A stretch of 63,388 nucleotides of DNA, counting the filler, from Octopus bimaculoides (taxonomy: Eukaryota): the NCBI RefSeq assembly GCF_001194135.2. It is 8 parts of 7 records of this genome, joined end to end, with 100 filler letters (N's around TTAATTAATTAA, not from the genome) between each part and the next. Parts side by side here need not be neighbours in the genome. Positions count along the whole stretch, not along the records: positions 34,310 to 50,130 come from NC_068983.1; positions 50,231 to 56,579 come from NC_068999.1; 6 more parts are not named here. The stretch is one strand, 5' to 3'. The notes under the pieces were generated by a model. The model saw only the letters and a program-made list of their open reading frames with translations, did not search any database and was not told where the DNA came from. The position numbers were made by a program, and so were the translations under genes. Every line of letters begins with the position of its first letter. Positions within the stretch are counted from its first letter, which is position 1. Below, in pieces: positions 37,535 to 50,864 of this stretch.

Positions 37535-38738
37535 ACATGACCTGTCTTTTTTTTCAAAGAGCACAAATTGTTGGATCACAGATGTTTGGAGATTCAGTCT
37601 CTAAACAGCTGAATCATTTCATGTTCAGGGAGGTACAGTCTCTAAAACCATGTTGGTATTCCAAAACAAAGATAAAACCCAGTTCTGGCAAACGTAATTC
37701 TGAATGAAAGGCTAAGCTTACAGAGCACAACTACAGAATAATGAAACATATTGTGTCTAAAAGCCATCAAATTATGGCAGCTAAAGTAACAATAGAGCTA
37801 AACTCCTACCATGCCAACTCTGTGACAACCAACATCATTGATCATGCGTTCTATAAATCTGGATACAATGGGAGGACTGCAAATGCTACACATCTCCTGT
37901 CCTCCATCAATAGTGATAAGTGGGTAAAATGCTGTCTATATTTTCAGAAATGGTTAATGGCTCAGTGGAAAGATATCATCTTTTCTAATGAACCATCTTT
38001 TATACTTTTCCCACTTCAGGATGAGTTTTTGTTTAGAAACAGCTCAAAGAAGCCATCAACCCTAACTGTTTGGCCCCTTCCACAGAGCATGGAGGTTCCT
38101 CTCTGATGATTTAGGTAGCCATATCACAGAATTCTCTTGGTCCTTTATTTCTATAAGCAGTTAACACCAAGGTTTATCTGAGTATTTTGGTTGATTTTGC
38201 CCATCCTGTTGATACAAACATCTTAATGGTAGAGTAATTGTCCAGGATGATAATTCACATCATCATCATTGTCGTCGTTTAACGTCCGCTTTCCATGCTA
38301 GCATGGGTTGGACGGTTTGACTGAGGACTCAAATCGGTTTGACTGAGGACCAGGCTCAAATCTGATCTGGCAAGGTTTCTACAGTTGGATGCCCTTCCTA
38401 ACACCAACCACTCTGTGAGTGTATGGCTAATGTTATTCAAAATTGGTATGAAAAGCACAAAACGGAAGCAGACCACAGTCACTAAATCTCAATATAATTG
38501 AGTACTTATGGTATATTTTGAAACCACAACAAACGAGCCACGTCCCTCCTTTGTTGAACATGAGAGAACCAAAGAAGGCTTTACTTGAAGAATGGCTCAA
38601 AATTCCCCTAACAGCTGATCAAAACCTGTATTCCTCAAAATATTAACCCTATGACAGATGCCAAAGGTGGAACAACTTCGGATAAGATAATAAAATTGCC
38701 ATTTAACTGGGTGGTTCCGTAATTTTGTCCAACCCCTG
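37535..38738 (+). mobile_element. Tc1-type transposon, decayed, interrupted by a SINE at 38258-38420
   Basis: DLSFFQRAQIVG (paired-like HTH), IVSKSHQIMAAKVTIELN, WKDIIFSNEPSFILFP (cf. WSDES), HGGS, VQDDNS (cf. FQDDNA), AKGG; right end TTTTGTCCAACCCCTG+TA at 38723-38740; left TIR not found. Confidence 0.88.
38258..38420 (-). mobile_element. Family D 3' fragment inserted in the Tc1 element
   Basis: Reverse-complement tail CATCATCATC..TTTAACGTCCGCTTTCCATGCTAGCATGGG. Confidence 0.8.
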
Positions 38739-38789
38739 TAAGTAAAATAAGTACGTAATATATATCGGAAAACAATATCTATGCAATCT

Positions 38790-39299
38790 ATACGACAATA
38801 TCTATGGGAGGTACATTTGAATAAAATGTCCTAATGATGTATATGTGAACAAAATAGTTATGAAATGTACATCTGAACAGAATAACTATGTAATATATAC
38901 TTCAATACAATACCTATATGATGTGCATTTGAGTTAAATAATTATGTAATATACTCTGAACAGAATAAATATGTAACGTATACTTCAATTCAATATCTAT
39001 GTAATATACACATGAGAATGCAATATTTATGTAATTTTTATTTCAACACAATATGTAATGTACATTTCAATAGGATATTTATATAATGTACACGTCAATA
39101 CTATTTACCTACATAATGTACATTTGAATAAAATAACAATGTTATGTATTTGTAAGTACAATATTTGTGTCATGTACATTTCAACACACTATATATGTAT
39201 AATGTACATTTAAATAGAATATCTATGAAATGTATATTTCAATACAGTTGTTATGTAATATACATTTGAACAAATGTGTGTGTGTGTATATATATATAT

Positions 39300-39355
<56 letters not shown>

Positions 39356-39584
39356 AAATAGTAAATGAGTATATGCATATATACGTACAGGTATGTGCAT
39401 ACCGACATCCACCTGTATGTATAGGTGCATATCTGGGTACAGGACATTGCAAACAAATGTAGACGAGAAAACACACGAGCCACATAGAGAACATTCTACT
39501 TCATCAGCTACCCACGTTTTAACNNNNNNNNNNNNNNNNNNNNNNNNNNNNNNNNNNNNNNNNNNNNNNNNNNNNNNNNNNNNN

Positions 39585-39635
<51 letters not shown>

Positions 39636-40250
39636 ACATTTGAATAGAAAAACTATGAAATATATGCTTGAACACAATATGCAATGAACACGTTTCAACA
39701 GAATATATATATATGTAATGTACTTTTTAACAGAATATCTATTTAATGTAGATTTCAATAGAGCAGCTATGTAATGTATACTTAAACACAATATGTGTGT
39801 AATGTGTGTTTGAGTGAAATAATTATGTAATGTGTACTTTGAACTAATATCTCTGTAATACAGACTAGAATGCAACATTTATATAATGTGCTTTTCAAAA
39901 CAATATGCTATGTATATTTAAATAGAATGACTATGTAATTTATACTTCAACACATTATAAACGTAATGTACATTAAAACAGAATATTTATGCAATGTACA
40001 ATTGAGCTGAATAACTGTGTGATATATACGTGAACACAATATTTACGTTCTGTATATCAGTACTGAATAGGTATGTAATATAAATTTAAATAGAATAACT
40101 ATATAATATATGAACCAATACAATATATGTAATGTACATTTGAACAGAATATCTATGTAATAACGTATATGTGACTGGAATATTTATCTGTTTAATGTAC
40201 ATTTGAACACAATATCTATGTAATGTACATTTGAAGAGAATAATTATGAG
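38790..40250. repeat. Degenerate 28-bp AT-rich minisatellite (consensus ~TACATTTGAACAGAATATCTATGTAATG), interrupted at ~39270-39630
   Basis: Consecutive 27-28-nt units visible, e.g. tacatctgaacagaataactatgtaata / tatacttcaatacaatacctatatgatg; roughly 35-40 units by length. Confidence 0.85.
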
Positions 40251-40539
40251 CTGTCAGCGTAGCTCAATATCTAGTCGGTTATTTTGTTTGAAAGAAAGAA
40301 TCATCAAAAGATGAGCTCGAAACATTTAAACTGGTGAACTCACTCACTCTGTTGATAAATAAATGAGATAAAACACCTTTCATCTTTCAATATAGATAAA
40401 TGTAATTTTTTGCTTGGAATATTTTCCTTTATTAGACCATTTATTCCATTTTTGCTCTTTTATATATCAGAATTGGTGAACAATAGATGTCATTGGTTAC
40501 AAGTTTCCAATAGGCCATTCACCGGTTCACTTCTAACAG

Positions 40540-40960
40540 TGACATTACCACAACCAAAAGCATAAAAAAAAGCTATTGAAGAGGTGAACATATTAAAAAT
40601 CCTCCTAAAATGCAACACAAAATACATCTTACCCAATCTTAACTGTATGCCAGAAACATGTAAGCCCAAGAACAAACAGCAAATGGATGGTTAACGTCAT
40701 CGATAAATTGGACAGTAAAAATAAATGCTGCAAATATCAGGAGTGTAACTGTTATGTTGGGCAGACCAGTACAATATCATCATGTAGGCTCAGCATGCAT
40801 TTACAACATGGAGCTATTGCACAACATTGCATTCCACACCAAAATTAGAAAATGCTAGAGAAAAGCGCTTCATATCATTCCACACGAAAAATATATTATC
40901 GAAACCATACTCTGCCAAAATTAACTCTCAAACATACGCATCAAAACATTAGTTTTCAAT
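40540..40960 (+). mobile_element. Penelope-like element GIY-YIG endonuclease remnant
   Basis: 40693-40848: NVIDKLDSKNKCCKYQECNCYVGQTSTISSCRLSMHLQHGAIAQHC (cf. NVVY..C..C..YVGQT..LSRRL..H). Confidence 0.72.
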
Positions 40961-41022
40961 TTTGGCACAAGGCCAGCAATTTTGGGGAGGGGGTAAGTTG
41001 ATTACATCAACCCCAGTGCTCA

Positions 41023-41057
<35 letters not shown>

Positions 41058-42519
41058 TAAAGAATGGGGACAAAAAACAAAAAGAAAAAAGCAACAATGC
41101 AAGGACATGGTACAAAGAAAGGGTGTGCTACATTTCGAGCAAGGCTCTTGTTCAGAAACAGGGGACAGGAAAGTCCAAATGAAAAGGAAGACGGAGGGAA
41201 AAAATCACCAACAACCACATGTAGTTACACACAAGCACACACACACACACACACAGACACACACATATCTGGATAGTGTTAACTATCAGAAAAAGGAATT
41301 TTCAATATCAAAGTAGAGGTTAATAATATCTTTATTTTGGTCAAGTCAGTCTCTTACTATTCTGAGTTTCACCTGGGCATGCACAGGATCTTTATGGACC
41401 TGAAGATCTTGCGCATTCATGCACCCACTGGCAATACTCATAGTAGCATGAGACTGCATTATCCTAAATATAAATCTGTGTGTGTGTATATATAAGGGAT
41501 TAGTAACCTGGGCAAAATACTTCTTAAGCTCTCTGCTGATACAAATACACCAGGCTAACAAAATGTTTAGTGACCAGTATTGAACTCGAGGTAACCCAAA
41601 GGCAAGATCCAAAGTCAAAATTCATCACCAGTCGACTTTGTAAATCCAAGATTGCATTACCAAGTTAATGTGGCGTGTTTCAACAAAATGATATATAAGA
41701 AGAAAGGCATAAATCATTGGCTTTATACATTTATTCGGGCATTAAAGACTTACAGCTGTTTCTAATATGCATTTTGGGTGCATTTATGGTTCAGTTAATT
41801 GATTGAAAACACAATGAATGACCACTAGAATGTTATTGTCTTCAGAGTCCAACACATTTATTGCCAAAATAAATGAAGATAGGAAGAGAGAAGAGATGAA
41901 AAGATATAAGAAGAGAAGATGTGTGTGTATATATATATATCATCATCATCATCATCATTTAACGTCTGCCTTCCATGCTGGCATTATATACACACACACA
42001 CACTCATGCAGAGGGTTTCAACAGTTTCTGCTCACCAAGTTTCACACAAAATTAACCAAGTCAAAGAAATAGAAGAGGATGTTGCTCAAAGATGTCAAAC
42101 AGTCAAATCAAATCAACTCAGAATTCTAAGGTTGCGAAAATAAACATCTTAACTACATAACCATCCATATCTGCTTTCTAAATTAGATTTTCATTGATAC
42201 ATTCTCAATTTGAAATGTCATTTATCTACACCTAATCCCCCACAAGACAAATCTTAATTTGCAAGAAATATCAGCAAACAATGATTTGAATACAATAGTT
42301 TAATGATGTCCAGTTGTCGGTTATATTTATGAATCTGGTTATGTGATAGCATTATTTACATAGCAACCATTGCTAAAGTTACTAAATACCATGTAATACA
42401 TGTGAACATGTGCAGAAATAAGGTGTCAGGTCATCCGGTGGTCAAATATTCTTCCTCTACACATTTTCCTCTAAAATCATGAAATGTTGAAATATTTCGG
42501 CATTTCTACCACTCTCCAT

Positions 42520-42740
42520 CCATTATTCCAGAAAGAGTCAGTTGACGGGGTAGAGTTTTTTCTAGGACCCTATCAGAAGTGTCCATCATTAACTTTCCTG
42601 TTGGGCAGTTCCTAAGCATGCTCAGTAGAGATTATGGATATTATCCAAGCATCTCACTCTTGCTCTACCTCTAAGTCTCCCACCAGTTGGCCTAGCTGGA
42701 AGAATTTGTCTTGTGATTCTTTCTCGCAACATTTTAATCA
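42520..42740 (-). mobile_element. RTE LINE C-terminal remnant
   Basis: MLRERITRQILPARPTGGRLRGRARVRCLDNI (cf. RLPRQIL..PTGRRPRGRPRTRWLD). Confidence 0.7.
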
Positions 42741-42742
42741 CA

Positions 42743-42985
42743 GGTGCAGATATGGCTGTAAGGTAGGAGGTTTACTTCCCAACCACACGGTTCCAGATTC
42801 AGTCCCACTGTGTGGCACCTTGAGCCAGTGTCTTCCATTGCCCCTATCAACCAAAGCCATTTGAGTGGATTTGGTAGACAGAAAGTGAAAGACGCCCATC
42901 GTATATGTGTGTGAGTGTTTTCGTATTTGTGTTTGTGTCCTCATCATCACTTGACAACTGGTGTTGGTTTGTTTACATTCCCTTG
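42743..42985 (+). mobile_element. SINE family A copy
   Basis: Head plus internal TG tract plus start of 3' half. Confidence 0.8.
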
Positions 42986-43210
42986 CCATGGGAAGCTCTG
43001 CCTCACCCCACTCCTAATCACCATCAGAATTTTTTCACTGATTCAGGTCTTTTGAACACTTTCCCATTGGAAAAAAAACATTTAGAAACAAAGATGACGT
43101 TGAACTGGTGCAGGACCAAGATGTATTGAAAATGAGCAAAATGTCTGAGCAAACTCAACCAGATGATAATGATGGAATCAGGAAGTTTGCATATGGAACA
43201 TGGATGGTCT
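42985..43210 (+). mobile_element. Mariner transposase remnant
   Basis: LPWEALPHP ... FRSFEHFPIGKKTFRNKDDVEL ... DGIRKF across frameshifts (cf. WEVLPHPPYSPDL..FRSL). Confidence 0.6.
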
Positions 43211-44037
43211 CTGGCAAGTTGGTATCAAAAGGTGTTGAGTTTAGATTACACATAATCAGAGAAAAACATAAGTCATTTTTGCTTATGTGAGAACTGACAG
43301 ATGAGCAAAAGAAACAGATAGATCAAACCTAAAACCATGTGGTTGTGAGCTTCTTAACCACACAGACGTATCAGCTGTCTGAATTGTATTTTCGTTGGTA
43401 GATTCTCAAATGGGAATGTTGTCTATTAACACATAAGTTTTTGTAAGACAGTGTGAATAAATGAATCTTAATTCATAAGCAATTTTGGTAAACATTGATT
43501 TTAATGCAATAGTTTAATGAAGTGTGGATATCAGTTACATTTATGGCTGCAAGTACACACTAGCTTTGTTTACATTGTAATCATCCCCAAGATTACTGAA
43601 TAGTATTTAATGCTCATGAGGGTCTGTTTGCAGATGACCTTGATAATGGACAACAGCCACATCATCATGACTGAGCATTTTAATGGATATGTTGAGTAAT
43701 ATAATGATGGTTGTTCTGATGCACATGAGAGCTATGTATATATGTCGTGAGGAATGACAAAGGATCGACCCCACTAAGATCAGTTTTGCCCTTCCATCCT
43801 TTCAGAGTCAATAAAATAAACTACCTGTCAAAAGTTAGGGACAGTGTGATTGATTAACCCCTACTCAAATTTGTTGGCCTTGAGTCTAAACCAGAAACTT
43901 TTATTAAGCTGAAGAACTTATAACTAGAAAGAATTCTGTTCTGCTAACATATATATATGCTTAGTAGTGGTCAGTCTACTAATTTTTCTCAAATTCCAAT
44001 CGAAACATTTGCCACAGATATTTTTCCACTTCTTTAA

Positions 44038-44253
44038 CCCTTCAGCATTCAGATTTATCTGTCAAATGTAATGCTTATTTATTCACATTGTTTGAATCAA
44101 TTAAGCATTATCTCATAAGCTTTAAGATTTCAAAGAAGTGACTGTATATCTTTAGAATGGGACTGTAAGGTGCCAGAGGTCAGATCTGGCCAGTTCAAAC
44201 ATAAAACAGACAGAATATTTTGAGCAGATATGGTCAATTTAAATGTTAAAGGG
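44038..44253. mobile_element. 216-bp piggyBac-type MITE
   Basis: TTAA|CCCTTCAGCATTC ... AAATGTTAAAGGG|TTAA: TTAA TSD and CCC/GGG termini. Confidence 0.8.
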
Positions 44254-44464
44254 TTAAATTTTAAATAACTGTTCAGCACTTCCACCATTTCATTTGAAAA
44301 CCAGCGATAATGCATATAAATATCCAAACTGTCAAGTCATTTAAAAATCAGTCAATTATTTTGATAATTTATTTTCTTAAATTCCTAGACATTCATACTA
44401 CTCTTAAACCTTTCCGATTTTTGTAGCAGGCTGCAGTTTATGAGGAAAGGCAGCTAGCTGATAA

Positions 44465-45033
44465 CATTGCCCCCCCCCCCCCAGTACTTGACTGGTACTT
44501 TATTTTACCAACCCAAGGAGGGTAGAGAACAAAGTTGACCTTGGCAGGATTCGAGCTCGGAATGTAGAGAATTGGAAGAAATACCACAAAGCATCATTTC
44601 TTTTCTACTCTAGGCATAAGGCCTGAAATTTTGGGGGAGGGGGCCAGTCAATTAGATTGTCCCCAGTACACAACTGGCACTTAATATATCTACCTCGAAA
44701 GGATGTAAGGCAAAGTCGACCATGGCGAAATTTGAACTCAGAATGTAAAGACAGACAAAATACCGCTAAGCAATTCGCCCGGCATGCTAACGTTTCTGCC
44801 AGCTCACCACCTTAATATTCTTTTCTACTCTAGGCACAAGGCCCAACATTTTTGGGGAGGGGGCCAGTCGATTAGACCGACCCCAGTACACAACTGGTAC
44901 TTAATTTATCAACCCCAAAAGGATGAAAGGTAAAGTCAACCTTGGCAGAATTTGAACTCAGAATGTAAAGACAGATGAAATACCGCTAAGCATTTCACCC
45001 ATTGTGCTAATATTTCTGCCAACTCATCTCCTT
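44465..45033 (-). mobile_element. Head-to-tail array of three SINE family B copies
   Basis: Copies ~44465-44595 (partial), ~44598-44813, ~44815-45033. Confidence 0.85.
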
Positions 45034-45765
45034 AGGACTGATATATATTGTATCTGGTTACATGAATTTTTGCTGTAAGAAATGACCTCATCACATTTTT
45101 TTATTGTTTGGCATTGAATAAACATTTGCATTTTTTCTTTTTTTTTCCATTTTAAAATATGCTGCTATAATACACCTTATCATTCTCCATATGGCGAATT
45201 TGTCTTGTGGTGTATTTTCCTAGACAGTGAAATTTCTTACAGCAAATTTTCTGGACACAGTTCTATCAGTCCCCTTTATTGCCAAACTCTTACATGTGGA
45301 TTCAAACAAGAGTTGAAGGACAAACACATGCTGCAAGATGACATCACCCACAACCCCCAACAGAGCTGATGCAAAAAAGAAGCATCCTGTGATTGGCAAT
45401 CAATTTGAACAGCAACAACACAGAACTTGTGAGCGCTCTTTAGTCTTGTCAGAAGGAACCCAACTTCTATAATGATGGTGCCATGGAAAAATGTATGCAG
45501 TACACTCTGTGAATTGGTTGGTGTTAGGAAGTATATCATGCCATGGAAACCATACCAAGAATGAGACATTGGAGCAAGATATGGTCCTTCAACATGTTAA
45601 ATCCCACCAAGCGATCCTACCAATGCCAGCATGAAAAATAGACGGTAATGATAGTTTATAATATTATATGTGAGTGTTTAATGTATATATAGTGTATATA
45701 TATATAATCTGAATAAGAAGACAAAGAAAGTTTTTGACACATCTTTATTGTGTGTATGTGTGTGA

Positions 45766-45807
<42 letters not shown>

Positions 45808-46469
45808 GCACATACACACAGATATATAAACACACACTGTCAAGTTCTTTGATTTCTTTTTCTGTTTTCCTATTTTTAAAGAAATTTTGTTTCATGAAAA
45901 ATAACAGGAAGATGAAAGCATTTTTTGGCCATAAAAGAATTTTTTTTTCCAAATAAATCTACAAACAAAAACATACCAACAAAAAAACAGGCTACCAAAA
46001 TTCGGCAAAATATGTCTTTTGTGGTGTTTCAAATACTGAATCTCCAATTTATAAACAAAATAGAGAAAAATTATAACAACAAAATATATAAGAGATAATA
46101 CAAAAAAAAACAAAAACAAAAAAAAACTAATTAAATAAGACTGTTATTTTAACCATTATCATTGTCATTGTTACATTATTGTTTTGTCGTTGTTGTTGTT
46201 TTTACTGCTACTACTGCAGTTTGCCCTGTCTTTAAGCACTAATATATTGTTTCTCCAACGAAATCTTAATTGCAAATGTCTCTTTTCATTAAACTGCTTA
46301 AATAAACTACAGAGAACATTACAGTCTTTTGTTTCAAATCTGTCTTTCTTTAGAGTCCTCTATCTTTTTTTTTATTTTATGTTAAATAGGGAAGTGTCTC
46401 CATTATTGTTATTGTTGTTGCATTCATATATGTTTTGTTTTGTTGTTTTTTTTCATTCGCTCTATGTAC

Positions 46470-46501
<32 letters not shown>

Positions 46502-46769
46502 CCACATACTCACATAATCTTTCTTCACACATGGCAAACCCATCACATTTTCCCCCTACACCTCTTCCTTTTCTTTCTGCCTGTTTATCTTGTTTTAGTC
46601 AGATAAATTCATGTATTCATAGAAGATTCTCTTCTTTTCAGTTTCCAAATCATCTGAAACCAGATTTTTATCTGGACTCCATTACTGGAAAAAAAAAAGG
46701 GATACTTAAAATACCTAATTTTTTTCCTTTCCCCCATCATTCAGTTACCAACAGACATATATAGGAAAC

Positions 46770-47055
46770 CATCAGAATACACTAGGAATTGACAGAACAA
46801 GCAGAGATGAAAAGAGGTGTAAGACAGGGATGTGTGTTATCACCATAGTATTTAATATCTACCTGTGTATATATCCAGGGAAACAATTGAGATCAAAGGA
46901 CTTGCAAACAATGGTATGAACAGAGACCATATAAGATAAGAGGATGCAATATTACAGGCAGACAGATATGAGAAATAACAAGAAATTGTTGATGTTCTGA
47001 AAGGGCATGCTACACAAAAGGTTTAAAATGCACAAAAGACAAAGACAGTGGTTAT
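46770..47055 (+). mobile_element. RTE-type reverse transcriptase core remnant
   Basis: EMKRGVRQGCVLSP..FNIY..EDAILQAD..QEIVD..KTKTVVI with stops and frameshifts. Confidence 0.78.
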
Positions 47056-47199
47056 TAAATCATCATCATCGCCGTTGTCGTTTAATGTCCATTTTCCATG
47101 CTGGTATGGGTTGGATGGTTTGACTGAGGACTGGAGAGCCAGCGGCTGTAAAACAAACATAAAAGTACATGATACAAGCTTGAGCAAGTAAAACATTTC

Positions 47200-47480
47200 A
47201 AATATTTTATTCTTTTATTTGTTTGTCATTTGACTGTGGCCACACTGGAGCACCACCTTTTAGTTGAACAAATCAACCCCAGGACTTATTTTTTGTAAGC
47301 CTAATACTTATTCTATCAGTCTCTTTTGCTGAACCACTAAGTTATGGGGACGTAAATACACTAGCATTGGTTGTCAAGCAATGTTGGGGTGACAAACACA
47401 TGCACACACATACACATACATACATATATATATATATATATATGTGACAGGCTTCTTTGAGTTTCCTTCAACCAAATCCA
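47200..47480 (-). mobile_element. SINE family A 3' half with internal microsatellite
   Basis: Similarity to 29492-29862. Confidence 0.8.
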
Positions 47481-47618
47481 TTCCTTTTGCCATAAGCAGG
47501 AATTTTCTCTCTGCTGTAAGAGAAGAGAATTTGCCTTAAAAGTTCAAATATGTCACAAACATATTTTGACTAAACCTATAGTTTGCTTATTACTCATCAC
47601 CGCTTAGTGTTTCTAACC

Positions 47619-47649
<31 letters not shown>

Positions 47650-47651
<2 letters not shown>

Positions 47652-47897
47652 CACGTAAGAAGCACCATGTTGAGTGTGGCCGTTGCCAGTACTGTGTGAC
47701 TGGCCCTCGTGCCGGTGGCATGTAGAAAGCACCCACTACACTCTCGGAGTGGTTGGCATTAGGAAGGGCATCCAGCTGTAGAAACTCTGCCAGATCAGAT
47801 TGGGACCTGGTGCAGCCATCTGGTTTGCTAGTCCTCAATCAAATCGTCCAACCTATGCTAGCATGGAAAGCAGACATTAAACGATGATGATGATGAT
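47650..47897 (+). mobile_element. Family D copy
   Basis: Near-identical to 14261-14556 3' part; (GAT)n tail. Confidence 0.82.
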
Positions 47898-48296
47898 ATA
47901 TATCCTGTCATTTCTTTCATAATCCTTTGACTAATTTCTTGGAACCTGTTTTCTCATTCTGGTTGGTGCAAAATATTCTCCCATATCGTTCTTCGTATTT
48001 TGTTATCTTTCTTGATTAACAAGTCTCATTTTTTCCCTATTAACTTCAGCTTCATCATTCGTCATGACATATTCTAGCATGAGAAAATGGGTGTAAAAAA
48101 AGGAGAATATATTATTGAGGTATTTTTTTGAATGGCTGAATGCTGTTCCTGGCAATAAAACATAGTTATTTTCTTACTCTTTTTTTTTTTTTTAAGTACA
48201 GGATTTCATATTTCATACATTTTCCTGTCAACAATGCTGCTCATAGCATGCAATTGTAAACAAATGCTGAGATACACATCCATATCTATCTATATG

Positions 48297-48336
<40 letters not shown>

Positions 48337-48391
48337 TCACTCTCACACACATGTATGTAAGCATAGACAGATAGATAGATAAATAGGTAGG

Positions 48392-48440
<49 letters not shown>

Positions 48441-48976
48441 GTGTATGTATGTATATATACATACACACACAGACAGACATATACAAACGTATATGTATAC
48501 ATAAATTTAAAGAGAGAGAGAGAGTGGGAAGAGATGTTTGGTATAAGAGCAGATTCTCATGGTGTGTTATCATGTTTGGAAAATACCTCCTTCGTCCAGT
48601 TTCCAGTTTTTCATGGCCTACATACACCGAAGAAAATTTAAAGGAAGAGCTATTATTGAATAGGTATTAAGCTTCCTACAACTGACAGAATGTGAACATA
48701 CGTCAGAGTAGATTAGCCTAGTCATGTATCTTTCATTTGATTTAGACTTGTGCTGACATACATGTAAGATGTATTGAACATCTTGCACAGACTCAAAGAT
48801 TTCAGCTCATGTATTTAATGATGTTGTCTAAATATATTGGCATTTTGTGAACATTACATCAATGATATATATCAGAACATGTTTTCAATGTACATTTATT
48901 TATATTATTTAATTATGTCTCAGTTACTGTTACGTATATGTTTGTTCAAAACGTGTGTTTATATATCTGTGTATAT

Positions 48977-49045
<69 letters not shown>

Positions 49046-49099
49046 GAGAGAGAGAGGTTTACAAGAACAGAGAGAATAGACAAAATTCAGTAGACACGA

Positions 49100-49270
49100 A
49101 TATATATCTTTTGTTTCAGTCATTAGATTGTGGCCATGCTGGGGCACCATCTTGAAGAACTTTAGTTGAGTGAATCGACCCCAGTACTTTTATTAAAGCC
49201 TGGTATTTATTCTATTGGTCTTTTTTGCTGCACCACAACGCTATAGGGATATAAACACACCAACACTGGT
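49100..49270 (-). mobile_element. SINE family A 3' half
   Basis: GTTTCAGTCATTAGATTGTGGCCATGCTGGGGCACC.. Confidence 0.75.
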
Positions 49271-49467
49271 TCTATTTTTCATTGCATGGAGTACTCTTTT
49301 TGTGAATCTTACCAATATTGGAACTGTAGATCTTACAAAGTAACTCAAGGACTAAGAGTTTCATGTGAGACACTTATTAAATGTTATCCATGAAGCTCAG
49401 AGTCATTCTGTAACTCCTACCAATTATGTATAGTAATTTTACATATAATATACACACACACAGAAAC

Positions 49468-49692
49468 GAGCTGGCAGAAACGTTAGCACGCCGGGCGAAA
49501 TGCTTAGCGGTATTTCGTCTGCCGCTACGTTCTGAGTTCAAATTCCACCGAGGTCGACTTTGCCTTTCATCCTTTCGGGGGTCGATTAAATAAGTACCAG
49601 TTACGCACTGGGGTCGATATAATTGACTTAATCTGTTTGTCTGTCTTTGTTTGTCCCCTCTGTGTGTAGCCCCTTGTGGGTAGTAAAGAAAT
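49468..49692 (+). mobile_element. SINE family B, young-looking full copy
   Basis: GAGCTGGCAGAAACGTTAGCACGCCGGGCGAAATGC..GAGTTCAAATTCC (B-box-like)..GTCGACTTTGCCTTTCATCCTTTCGGGGGTCGATTAAATAAGTACCAG; CpG-rich. Confidence 0.88.
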
Positions 49693-50130
49693 AACACACA
49701 CGTTGTCTGGATGTTTTGCATTCCTGTCCCATTTTTTGTATTTCTTTTTATATACATATGGCGGCGTACATACACTTTGGTCTTTTATATGTAAGTACAC
49801 ACACACACACACACACATATAAATATGTAAATTTTGTATGACTCTCTTATTCTTTCTTTCTTTCTATCAACCCCTTCACACTTATTTCATTCATTCCAGT
49901 CTTCTTTCTTTCGTTTTCCCTCTCTCACATTTCCTTGCTTACTCTTTATTCTCACCTTCCCTCCTCTTTCACTTCACTCTGTCTCTTTTCTTCTATCCCT
50001 CTGCCTCTACCTCTCTCCTTTCTTTCTAAGTTTGACTACCATCCATGCAACATCTATATTCTTCCCTATACCTGTCATCTCTTATGTTCCTGCTGTAAGG
50101 CTTCACTTCCACACACGCCAGCTTAATTTA

Positions 50131-50230
50131 NNNNNNNNNNNNNNNNNNNNNNNNNNNNNNNNNNNNNNNNNNNNTTAATTAATTAANNNNNNNNNNNNNN
50201 NNNNNNNNNNNNNNNNNNNNNNNNNNNNNN
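50131..50230. other. Artificial scaffold-joining spacer
   Basis: 44N-TTAATTAATTAA-44N. Confidence 0.97.
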
Positions 50231-50864
50231 TGCTATTTCTAGCAGGCAGAGCGACTACTCAGAGGGCGCCTGGTGTGTGCATTGAAGTAACAGACAATGC
50301 TCTTCCGCCAGGTGCTATGATTTTGTGGCAGCATTAGCAAGTGTTATTTTAAAATGATGAATGTTCGAACAGAATTACCTCCCTTAGACGCCTACCTTTG
50401 CACCAATAAAGCTGTCTCGGTGTTTGCTCCACATGCTAGAGATAGTAGTCAAATCTCCTTCAGATAACACTGTACCATCTTGAAATATGAAAGAAACATT
50501 GAATAAAGTAGTCCTCAACAGAGATGGAAATGAATGTTAGGGGCTAGAGGGGCGCATCGAAGACCGAGCGGCTAAAGTTAAGAAGGTGGGACGAGATGTT
50601 ATAGGTCCCCACCGTGAGCTGAAAAGTGGAAGATACGCCGTCCCCCAGTAAAAGCCTCACCACAAATCCATCGCTGGTCATACGTAAGAATATCTGGAAA
50701 AGGTAGAAATTAGTCATAGCCAGAACGCCTTCGTGAGATGAGAATGACAGGTGTTCAATCTCACGTCGCACTGCTATTACGAAAGCCGTAGCTATGGTCA
50801 GCATCTCTTTGACACAATAGATGTCAGTAATATGAATGAAACCGCGGGTATTTGTATGCTCCCG

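Noticed and set aside
41346-41660. GLPR-GSIL remnant resembling the RT GVPQGSILG motif
   Set aside because: Requires frameshifts and lacks a clear ADD motif; too decayed to call
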